This document shows positions 17,854 through 27,700 of a DNA stretch of 64,000 nucleotides, one piece after another. Within the stretch, counting starts at the first letter, position 1. Every line of letters begins with the position of its first letter. Under the pieces are notes generated by a model, which saw only the letters and a program-made list of their open reading frames with translations, was not told the DNA's origin and searched no databases. A program made the position numbers and the translations under genes. The stretch covers positions 1-64,000 of the forward strand of contig JAJPHT010000026.1 in assembly GCA_021325135.1 (NCBI GenBank). Direction: 5' to 3'. This stretch comes from Pseudomonadota bacterium. Its GTDB lineage: Archaea > Thermoplasmatota > SW-10-69-26 > JACQPN01 > JAJPHT01.

Positions 17854-19308
17854 CTATCGCTGCACGACGTCGCCGAACATCGCGCGGATGGCCGCGAAGT
17901 GGCTCCCGTCGGCCACCATGTGGACCAGCGTGAAGACCACGACGAGGATGCCCATGGCGAAGTGGACGAAGCGCCAGCGGTTGAACCCCCAGCGCGCGAC
18001 GAACGATCGTTGCACCGCGCCCGTGACGCCCAGGCCCACCATGGCCGCGAGCGCAAGCCCGCCCCAGACGAGGCCCGCGCTCCAGACCCAGAACGCCTCG
18101 TAGAAGTAGATGAACATGTGGAGCGACGCCACGCCTAGGAGCCAGAAGCTCATGCTGTTGTGGAACAGCACGCGCCGGCGCGGGCCGCCGAAGAGCTTGT
18201 TGAGCGCGCCCACCGAGCCGCGGCCGAAGGTGCCGCCGAAGACGAGGCTGGGGATGATGAGGAAGCTCCCCGCGAAGCCCAGCACCTGGCCCCAGCGGCG
18301 CAGGACGGGCTCCAGCAGCGAGACGGACGTGCCCGCGGTGGCGACGCCCTGGCCCACCGAGAGCGTGGCGCCGGTGCGGAACTCCAGCGTGCTGTACTTG
18401 TCGTAGTCGCCGCTGTCGCCGATGTTGCGGTCGGTGTGCTGGTGGTACGCCGTGCCGCGGCCGCCGTAGCGCATGCGCTGCAGGCTCTCCGCGTCCTTGG
18501 CGATGACCTGGAACTTGAACGTGTACTGCTCGTTGGGCTTCAGCAGCGCGGGGCCCTTGAGCACGAGCTCCGTGTTCTGGCTGGCGTTGTAGTACGCCGC
18601 GAGGTAGAAGTCGTACGTGGTGTCCGCGAGGTTGCCGTGGTACACCGTGGCCGTCCAGTCGCCGGGCCCCGCCGCGAGGAGCGTGCTGGTGTTGACGTGC
18701 ACGGCGACCTCGCGCTGGTGGCCCCCGTCCGTGGGGTTGTAGGGCGCGGGCGCGGCGCCCACGGCCTTGCCGCCGGGGCCCTTGAGGACGAGGCGGTAGT
18801 CCGTGCTGTTGGCGACGCGGCCCGGCGTGAGGGGCCCGGGGAGCGTCGTGGGCGCGCCGACGACGGAGGCGTAGATCTCCGTGATGCCCGTGGTGGAGGC
18901 GACCTTGTAGTCCTCGGAGGCGTACTGCTGGGGCGACGCCGGCGCGGCCACGCCCGTCTTGTTGACCTCGGTGGGCGGCTGCGCGCCGGGGAACTCCAGG
19001 CCGGGCGCGTCGCTGACGTTGACGTAGGCGCTGACGTCCTTGAGGTCGTGCAGCCACGGGTTCTTGATGGTCAGCTGGAAGTCGAAGGGCTTCCCCTTGG
19101 GCACCTCGTTGAGGACGGTGGGGAAGAGGTCCATGCTGCGGAACCCCTCCTGCTTGTGGTGGCCGTAGCACTCCGCCTCGGTCAACTCGCCCTGCGGGTC
19201 CAGCGCGTCCTGCCCCAGCGTGGGGATGCCCACCAGGAGAAGGACCGCGAGAAGCGCGCCACCCAGGAGCAGGAGCTTGCCAAGGGAGGGGCGCATCGGC
19301 GGCGGCAT
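17854..19308 (-). CDS. Surface/membrane protein with extracellular beta domains and C-terminal ferric-reductase/cytochrome b-like 4-TM domain
   Basis: Signal peptide; ECYGHH and YHQH motifs; TM helices carrying FHNS, LHMF, VHFA, VHMV; start may be 19296. Confidence 0.65.
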   Translation of the reverse strand: MPPPMRPSLGKLLLLGGALLAVLLLVGIPTLGQDALDPQGELTEAECYGHHKQEGFRSMDLFPTVLNEVPKGKPFDFQLTIKNPWLHDLKDVSAYVNVSDAPGLEFPGAQPPTEVNKTGVAAPASPQQYASEDYKVASTTGITEIYASVVGAPTTLPGPLTPGRVANSTDYRLVLKGPGGKAVGAAPAPYNPTDGGHQREVAVHVNTSTLLAAGPGDWTATVYHGNLADTTYDFYLAAYYNASQNTELVLKGPALLKPNEQYTFKFQVIAKDAESLQRMRYGGRGTAYHQHTDRNIGDSGDYDKYSTLEFRTGATLSVGQGVATAGTSVSLLEPVLRRWGQVLGFAGSFLIIPSLVFGGTFGRGSVGALNKLFGGPRRRVLFHNSMSFWLLGVASLHMFIYFYEAFWVWSAGLVWGGLALAAMVGLGVTGAVQRSFVARWGFNRWRFVHFAMGILVVVFTLVHMVADGSHFAAIRAMFGDVVQR

Positions 19309-19363
19309 CGCCGGGCGATGTGTATGACCCTTTCGACGACGACCTCAAAGAGGAGGCGCCAAA

Positions 19364-19455
19364 CGCGGGGGGTTTGGGGGCGCAGCCCCCTGACGTTTGG
19401 TCGTCTGCTCGACGTTCCTTCACGTCAGGGGGCTGCGCCCCCTGAAACCCCCGCG
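19364..19455. repeat. Full-length nested palindromic REP/MITE-like element
   Basis: CGCGGGGGGTTTGGGGGCGCAGCCCCCTGACGT...ACGTCAGGGGGCTGCGCCCCCTGAAACCCCCGCG. Confidence 0.85.
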
Positions 19456-19500
19456 GGTAGCCGCGCTGCGGCGCGGCCGACGACGACCACGACGAACGGC

Positions 19501-20052
19501 CTATCCTCCGAACACGATCCGCTTCACGCCCGCCACCGCCTGGTGGATGGGGCACTGGGGGCAGTACGGGTACGCGCCCATGGGGCAGCCGGTGATGGTC
19601 ATGCTGAGGTCGCCGCTCGTCGGGTCCTTCTCCAGCGCGACGCGGGCGTCGGGGCACGGGTAGGGGAGCGCCGAGGCGGGAGGGGAGGCGGGCGCGCTGG
19701 GATTCGCAGCCGGGTCCACCGCGACGGGGTGCGCGACCTCGACGTTCCAGATGCGGCGCAGCGCATGGCGGAAGCCCGTGGGGAGGCGGCGGTAGGAGTG
19801 CAGCGCGTCGCGGCCCGCGTCGGTCAAGGCGTAGAGGGTGCGGTTGCCGCCCGACTCGGAGACCTCGCGGATGTAGCCGTCGCGCACCATCTTGGCCAGG
19901 AGAGGATAGAGGCGGTTGCGGTTGGGCTCCGCGCCGAAGGCCTCGGTGATCTCCTTGAGGAGGGCGTAGCCGTGCTTGGGCTGCTGGTCGAGGCTCTCCA
20001 GGATGAACACCTCCAGGAGCCCCTTGAGGAGCTTCGGTCCAGCCTCGGCCAT
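19501..20052 (-). CDS. PadR family regulator with C-terminal four-Cys domain
   Basis: LLKGLLEVFILESLDQQPKHGYALLKEI...LYPLLAKM...YALTDAGR; tail CPD...CPMGAYPYCPQCP. Confidence 0.88.
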   Translation of the reverse strand: MAEAGPKLLKGLLEVFILESLDQQPKHGYALLKEITEAFGAEPNRNRLYPLLAKMVRDGYIREVSESGGNRTLYALTDAGRDALHSYRRLPTGFRHALRRIWNVEVAHPVAVDPAANPSAPASPPASALPYPCPDARVALEKDPTSGDLSMTITGCPMGAYPYCPQCPIHQAVAGVKRIVFGG

Positions 20053-20375
20053 GCTCGGTTCAGGGCGTGTTCCATCTGCGTCATGAACCTTCCCCGGTCA
20101 AAGCGGTGAAAACTGGAACCCGCCGGCGCCCGCTTATGAAGCAACCGCGACGCTGCTTGGGCAGAAGGGGGGTTGCGAGGGCGGTGGGTCCTTTCCACTG
20201 GACGGGCTGTTCCAGCACGTTCGTCCAGTTTCGCAGCTCATGATCTGACAAGGATCAACCAATGCAAGATGGGTTCCTGAAGATGTCCAGGATGCGTCGG
20301 AAACGGAACCCATATCCCCTGCATGGCGGGTGGAGCGTCTGCGTCCGGCCCAAAGGCCGGCGCGAGGGATTGGCA

Positions 20376-20585
20376 ATGATCATCGAGGCTGACAAGACGA
20401 GGCAGGAGTCCGGCAAGGAGATCAAGGTGAAGATCCCGGTCGGCTACCACATCAAGCTCCACACGCTCAAGGTCCTCAAGGGCCAGAGCATCAGCGACAC
20501 GGTGGAGATCGCGCTGGAGCGGTACTTCGCCGCCCACGCCTTCCCCGAGCTGGCCCACCTCCAGCCGCGCCCCATCGCCCCGTAG
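20376..20585 (+). CDS. Small ribbon-helix-helix-like DNA-binding protein
   Basis: KEIKVKIPVGYHIKLHTLKVLKGQSISDTVEIALERYF fits a strand-helix-G-S-helix pattern. Confidence 0.65.
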   Translation: MIIEADKTRQESGKEIKVKIPVGYHIKLHTLKVLKGQSISDTVEIALERYFAAHAFPELAHLQPRPIAP

Positions 20586-20586
20586 G

Positions 20587-20871
20587 GTGTTCCAGTTCCG
20601 CGCGACGAACGGCCCAGGGGAACTATCCGGATTCCTTAGGGCCGACCGCCTCGTCGTCGGCGCGGTCCTCATGCCCTTCGAGACGACCCTCAGCGTCCCC
20701 ACCCGCCACGTCGGCGAGCTGATGTCCCGCCTGGCCGGCGCCGGCTTCCTCATCCTGGACACCGGTGAGCGGCTCGCGACGGACGACGGCCCCGACGCCG
20801 AGGCCACGCTGCGCCTCCTCCACGTCGCGCCCCACGAGGCCGAGCTGGCCCCCCTGGGCGTCTCCCGCTGA
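20587..20871 (+). CDS. Hypothetical protein (94 aa)
   Basis: GTG 1 nt after the previous stop; normal codon bias. Confidence 0.55.
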   Translation: MFQFRATNGPGELSGFLRADRLVVGAVLMPFETTLSVPTRHVGELMSRLAGAGFLILDTGERLATDDGPDAEATLRLLHVAPHEAELAPLGVSR

Positions 20872-20911
20872 TCCGACAGGGCTTTGCGGGGGACCCTCCC
20901 ATCGCGCCCCC

Positions 20912-21561
<650 letters not shown>

Positions 21562-21565
<4 letters not shown>

Positions 21566-22269
21566 CGCGCCAGGATCGCCGCCACCGACGAGGCGAGGCC
21601 CCACGCGCCCACGAGCGCGGGCGCCAGCACGCACCGGCGCGCCCACGGCCGCGCCCGCGCCACGCGCGCCGCGAGGCCCGCCAGCGCCAGGACCGCGATC
21701 GCCGCCAGCCGCAGCGCCGGGCCGTCCGTGAGGAGGAGGGCCGCCGCGAGCATCGCGACGCACGCGAGGCCCGCGACCGGCGCCCACAGGAGCGCCCACC
21801 ACGGCCCGCGGGGCAGCCGCGCCCCGAGCCGCGCGAACGCCGCCTCCTGCGCGACGCCGTAGGCCACCACCAGCGCGCCGAAGAGGGGGACGTTCACGAG
21901 GCGGGGACCGAAGCGGTGGAAGTCGGGGTTCGAGGGGTCCAGCAGAAGGCCGCCCGCCAGCAGCAGGCCCAGCGCGCCGAAGGCCAGGCCGCGCCAGCGC
22001 TCCGGCAGCGCGGGCCGCGCGAGGGCGAAGAGCGCGCCGCCCAGGAACCCCATGAGGAGGCCCGTGAGGACCACCTGCATCGTGCCGGAGAAGGTGAGGT
22101 CGCCCACCCGCGCGCCGATGGACGTGATGGCGCCGCGGCGCGACGCGCCGGCCAGGATCGCGCTCGCGCGCATCGCCAGCCGCGCGCCCACGCCCAGCAC
22201 GAGCCCGCCCGCCAGCGCGCCGGCCAGCCCACCCACCGCCAGCTCGCGGACCCCATCGAGGACCTTCAC
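21562..22269 (-). CDS. Multi-pass membrane protein
   Basis: GGLAGALAGGLVLGVGARLAMR...DPSNPDF...NVPLFGAL; about 7 TM; GTG start inferred. Confidence 0.7.
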
Positions 22270-22377
22270 GACCGCGGACCGGCGCCCGTGCCGCTTCGCG
22301 TTTCTCCCCAGGACGCTAGAGGGTCCCGCGCCGAAGTGGGAACCCTTTTGCCCGCCGAGGCTTGAGCCGGAAGCCGC

Positions 22378-23394
22378 ATGCCGCTGCTCACCGGCGACCA
22401 GTACGACCTCCTCGTGCTGGCCCTCGCGTGGTGCGGCGGCTTCCTCCCCCTCCTGTGGCGCAAGGAGTGGACCTGGGTCCAGGCCGTGGGCCTCGGCCTC
22501 CTGCTCACGCCCTTCGCGCGCATGGCGCTGGACTTCTACCTCACCGTCGTCGTGAGCGGCGTGCTGTTCCACTACACCGTGCTGGAGCCCGTGAGCCGCG
22601 CCGCGCTCTGGAACGGCATCGTCACGCGCGTCGTGGAGTTCGGCCTCCTGCCGGGCGCGGGGCTCCTCATCCTCCACAACGCGGTGCCCGGCCTCCCGTC
22701 CCGCCGCGCAGTGCGCCAGCGCGTGCCCGACGCCCTCGCCGCGCACTCGCTCGCGCCCCGCGCGTCGTGGCGCCGCGACGCGCTGCGCGGGCTCGCCCTC
22801 TTCGTCTTCATCGCCGCGGCCTACGTCGTCGCCCTCGCCCTCTCGCAGACGGCCCTCGCGGCGCTGAGCAGCAACGGCGACGAGTCGCAATACTGGCGCA
22901 ACGTCACCGTGCCCATCATCCTGCTCCTGAGCGCCGCCGCGGGCCTCACCGAGGAGTTCCTCTTCCGCGGCGTCCTTCTCACCTGGCTCGCGAAGCGCAT
23001 GCCGTGGATCGCGGCCGCGCTCCTCCAGGCCCTCGCCTTCGCCCTCGTCCACAGCGGGTACGGCACGTGGGCGCACGTCGTGGGGCCCTTCGCCTTCGGC
23101 CTGGGCATGGCGTGGGTCGCGCGCCGGCTGGGCGTCGTCGTCACCGCCATCCTCCACGCGGGCGTCGACGTCGTCTCCCTGGGCCTCAGCGTCGCGCCCG
23201 ACTACGTCGCCGCCAACGGCCCCCTGGGCGCCGCCGCGCTGGCGGGCGTGCTCCTGCTCCTGGTCGCGCTGAGCGCCTGGGCCCTGGTGGCGACGCGGGC
23301 CGACGCGGTGCGCATCCTGTGGGACGACCTCCTGAGGATGCTCCGGCTGCGCCGTGGGGGCGCTCCCGCGCCCACGGAGGGCGCCCCGCGCTGA
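22378..23394 (+). CDS. CPBP (Abi/Rce1-like) intramembrane glutamic endopeptidase
   Basis: EEFLFRG, FALVH, AILHAGVD motifs; many TM segments. Confidence 0.9.
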   Translation: MPLLTGDQYDLLVLALAWCGGFLPLLWRKEWTWVQAVGLGLLLTPFARMALDFYLTVVVSGVLFHYTVLEPVSRAALWNGIVTRVVEFGLLPGAGLLILHNAVPGLPSRRAVRQRVPDALAAHSLAPRASWRRDALRGLALFVFIAAAYVVALALSQTALAALSSNGDESQYWRNVTVPIILLLSAAAGLTEEFLFRGVLLTWLAKRMPWIAAALLQALAFALVHSGYGTWAHVVGPFAFGLGMAWVARRLGVVVTAILHAGVDVVSLGLSVAPDYVAANGPLGAAALAGVLLLLVALSAWALVATRADAVRILWDDLLRMLRLRRGGAPAPTEGAPR

Positions 23395-23449
23395 AGGCAG
23401 GCGAACGCCTGCCCAGGCTGAAGCAGCGGCAAGAAGGCGGAAGGCGCGC

Positions 23450-24649
23450 ATGACCCCGCTCCGCAGCGCCCCCCTGCTCGTGGCCCTCCTGGCCGTGTCC
23501 CTCACCCCCCTGCCCGGCGCCAGCGCCCTGGAGCGGCGCGACGTGGCCGGCGAAGGCCTCTTCTGGGGCGTCGACACCCAGAACAACCTCTGCCCCATGG
23601 ACTTCGTCATCGACGTGGGCACCACCGACCCCTCCCCTGGCATCAGCGTGACCCTTCTCACGGACGCGGACCCGCTGGACGACTGCCTCGCGGCGTGGGA
23701 GTGGACCCCCCAGGCCGCGCACGACGGGTGCGGCACCCTCTGGCAGCAGCCCGAGTCGTTCAGCGGCGACCGCACCTTCGGCTGGACCGAGTCGCGCTCC
23801 GACGGCCTCGGCAACACCCTTTCGGCGAGCATCACGCCCTCGTGGTCCCCCGACACGTACCTGGTCGAGGTCTATTGCACGCGCTCGGACGGCAAGAGCG
23901 CCTCCGAGAGCGGGACCTTCGTGGACGAGGTCGGCGCGACCTCGGGCTGGACGTTCCAGGACAACGGCGACGGCACGTGCACCGCCTACGATGACGCCAA
24001 CCACAACGGGCAGCAGGACCCGGGCGAGGCCGGCTCCACGGTCCCGTGCAGCGCGAGCTGCGTCACGGCCTCCTGCCCCGGCTGCCTGGGCGACCTCCCC
24101 GCGTGCCTCGGCGACTGCCTCGCGACGTGCATCGTGGTGAACCCCAGCGGCGACGCCTACGGCCAGTACGTCGGCGTGGGCAGCGGCAACGCGCAGGGGA
24201 GCCTGCTGGCCGTGGGCGAGACGGGCGAGTCGTACAGCACTGGCGGCGTGGCCGTGAGCGGCTCGTGCGCGGACAGCGACCTCGTCTCCGTGAGCGAGAC
24301 GTGCGGCGCGCACTCCAACTGGGTCGCCGTGAGCAAGGACGGGACCTCGTCCACGCCCATCGGCGTCCTGGCCGTGAGCGGCGGCGACGCGGATGCGGGC
24401 CTCATCGCGGTGAGCCTCCACGGGGACGCGCACGCCTGCCAGTGGGGAGCCTACTGCAACAGCTGGCTCTTCGGCACCACCACTGCCGTGAGCACCGGCG
24501 GGGACGCCACCGCCGAATGGATCGCCATCAGCACCAGCGGGGCCAGCGGCGCGGGCTTCCTCTCGGTGAGCGGCACCGGCCACCAGCTCTACCCCTGCTT
24601 CGTGAACGCGGCAGGCTTCGTCTGCGTGGACCCCACCCGCGCGCTTTAG
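23450..24649 (+). CDS. Secreted Cys-rich protein with C-terminal AVSxxG repeats
   Basis: Signal peptide ending ASA; CSASCVTASCPGCLGDLPACLGDCLATC; about 10 repeats of about 13 aa. Confidence 0.75.
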   Translation: MTPLRSAPLLVALLAVSLTPLPGASALERRDVAGEGLFWGVDTQNNLCPMDFVIDVGTTDPSPGISVTLLTDADPLDDCLAAWEWTPQAAHDGCGTLWQQPESFSGDRTFGWTESRSDGLGNTLSASITPSWSPDTYLVEVYCTRSDGKSASESGTFVDEVGATSGWTFQDNGDGTCTAYDDANHNGQQDPGEAGSTVPCSASCVTASCPGCLGDLPACLGDCLATCIVVNPSGDAYGQYVGVGSGNAQGSLLAVGETGESYSTGGVAVSGSCADSDLVSVSETCGAHSNWVAVSKDGTSSTPIGVLAVSGGDADAGLIAVSLHGDAHACQWGAYCNSWLFGTTTAVSTGGDATAEWIAISTSGASGAGFLSVSGTGHQLYPCFVNAAGFVCVDPTRAL

Positions 24650-24730
24650 TGGGGGCCCGGGCGTTCCGGGGGATCGGCCAAGGATGCACAACAAAGGTTA
24701 AGGCGGGTCCCTCGGAAGTCCGCGCGCCGT

Positions 24731-27700
24731 ATGGTGAGAGGTGTCCGCAGCGGAGGCCAGTGCCTCCTCGTCCTGCTTCTCATCCTCCCGGCCCTGGCGC
24801 CCCTCGCGGAGGCGCAAGCGGCCCCGCCCGAGTCCGCTCCCTATCTCATCTGCTTCTCGGGCTACCACCTTCGCCCTGGCCAGCCGCAGAGCCCGTGCGT
24901 GGGCAGCGGCAAGGTGAGCCCCACTTCGCCCGCGCCCACGACGCTGGACCCGGCGAACTACTTCGAGGGCGAGGGCGTCTCCATGACGCTCAACGCGCCC
25001 AGCGCGAACCCCGTGCTCTTCACCGTGGCGTGCGTGACCAACTGCCGGCACGTCAACGGCGACACCGGCGGGCGCCTCTACCAAGGGACGTGGGACGGCG
25101 ACACGAGCCACCCCCTGGTCTTCCCCGACCAGTTCACCGACACGACGACGGGCGTCAACGCGCGGGCCGAGCGCGCGGGCACGTACAACAGCACGTGGAC
25201 CGTGAACGCGCAGATCGCGGGCCAGGCGGCGGGCGCCCAGCGCAACTTCGGCACGTGGCTCCTGGACAGCTTCCTGGGGGACAACCTCACCGTGTCGCCC
25301 GGCGAGCAGCACGAGTTCCACATGTACGGCTACTCGGACACGACGCGCCTGACGATCTCTTTGGAGCGCCGCGAGGGCTCCTCGTGGGTGCCGGTCGACC
25401 TCCAGGGCTTCGGCTGCTCGACGGGCGGCGGGGGCCAGACGTGCCGCGGCCGGTACGCCGTGGAGGAGGCCGCGAACCTCCCCGCGTGCGGCGCCGACCT
25501 GGCCTCGTGCTATCGCGTGACCGTGGGCGGAACCGGCAAGGACGTGGAGACCGTCGCGTACCGCGTGGCTCCTGCGCACGTCACGCCCATCATCGGCGTC
25601 ATCACGAGCCCGCCCACCACGGACACGGCGCCCTACGCCACCGTGGAGCGCACGCAGAACGTCACCCTCGGCGTCGTCCTGGGCTACCCGGGCGGCGACC
25701 GTGCCTTCCGCGTGCCGCTCACCGACGACAAGGTGCCCGTGGACGCCATCACCAACGGGCGCAACCTCCGCATGGTCGTCACGCGGCAGGACTTCCCCAC
25801 GCCCGCGCAGGTGGCGACGGTGCCCCTCTCCTACGTGCCCGCGCAGCAGCGCTGGGTGGGCACGTGGACGCCCCCGCGCGACGCGCCCACCAACGGATCG
25901 CTGGTGGCGTACCGCTTCAGCCTCGCCGAGACGCGCGACCTGTGGGGGAACCGCGTGGACGCCCGCGACCTGGCGAACTACACGCTCGCCCCCGCCACGC
26001 TGGCAATCGACGTGGTGAGGAGCTTCGACGCGCTTCCGCGCACCGACGAGGGCGACGTCGCGCTGGCCATCCGCTATCACGACGGCGAGCTCTACACCGA
26101 CAAGACCAACGCGTCGCCGCTGACGGGCTGCTTCGTGCAGGACGCGCAGACGACCACCTCGTGCGGCTCGGCGAAGGCCTCCGAGCGCGTGACGCTCGCC
26201 TACGAGGACGGGCTCTGGCACGCGCGCCATCGCGACCCCGTGGACTTCACGCCCCTGGGCGCGTACAAGTTCCTCCTCACCCAGGACAACGACACCTGGG
26301 GCAACACCGTGCCCGGCACGCTCGCGCTCCCCTACCAGGTCGTCGTGGGCTCGCCGCGCGTCAGCTTCTACACCGTCTTCCAGGGCTCGACGGGCGACCC
26401 CATCGTGCGCGCGGACGACACGCTCTTCCTCGATGCGGACATCACCTACGGCGACGGCAGCGCGTTCAACAACACCGTCGTCCCCAACCCGGACGGCCAC
26501 TCGGCCACGCTCACGGCGTACGTCACCAAGCGCAACCTCGACGGCGTGGCCGTCTCCACGGTGCCCGTGACGCTGCGCGGCGAGTCTTACGGCCCCCACT
26601 GGTCGGGCGCCATGCCCATCCGCTCCAACAATTCCGACTCGCCCCTGGGCGTCTGGACCGTGGCGCTGGACGTGGCGGACAACCAGACGACGCCCAACGT
26701 CAACCACACCGTCTTCAACCGCACGGTGATCGGCGCGCCTCTGGACTTCCACGAGGACTCGGCCCCCTTCGACGCGGAGATCGGGAACCACACGCGCATG
26801 CGCTTCTCCGTCTCCCGCGCGGGCATCGATGATTCCGGCGCCATCGACATGGGCCGGACGCTCAACGTGCTACTCTACCGCTGGGACCCCGTGAAGCGCG
26901 CCACCGTGGGTGACCCCGTGGCGAAGCTCGTGCCCCCGTACAACCCGGACTACCACGCCTACGCCATCGACTACCAGGTGCCCCCGGAGCTGTTCGACGG
27001 AACGTTCGTCTTCGTCGTGCGCGGAGGCGACCGCGACGGGAACGACCTCCTCGCCGACGCCGTGTCGCACCCCTTCCGCACCTACGCCTCGCCCCGCGAG
27101 CGCTCCGTGGTCACGCAGCCCGCCGTCTCCCTCCAGCGCGGCGACGAGGCCACCGTCGTCTTCGACGGCCTCGTGGGCGACACGGGGCCCGACGGCTCGG
27201 GCGATCCCGTGGTCCACGTCGACTACTACAACCCCAACACGCACCAGTGGGAGGGCAAGGCGTTCGACGTCTCCTCCCCCGACGCGGCCCCCAACCACCT
27301 GGGCGTCTTCCCGGTCACCATCGACACCAACGTGGGCGTGTACCGCTTCGTCCTCGAAGGGCGCCAGGCGGACCGCCACCTCGTCACGGCCATCAGCCAG
27401 AACTTCACCGTGCTGCCCGCCGACGTGAGCCGCATCCTCTTCGACGCGCCCCCCGAGAGCGTGAGCAAGGGCGCGACCTTCGGCTTCTCCTTCGAGCGCC
27501 AGCCGGGCGACGTCATCTTCCGCCAGACCGTCTACTTCGAGGGGCGCCCCGCCGAGGCGCAGCCCCCGTCGCTCTCGACGGACGCGAACCTCTTCAACGG
27601 AAGCTGGGCCGTCCCCTTCTCGGCGCCCGCGGGCAAGTACACGCTCCGCTTCCAGGGCAACGACCGCAGCGGGAACCACATCGACGTGGTCCTGCCGCCC

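Noticed and set aside
19364-19455. Palindromic repeats as a CRISPR array
   Set aside because: Dispersed single elements, no repeat-spacer periodicity, no cas genes
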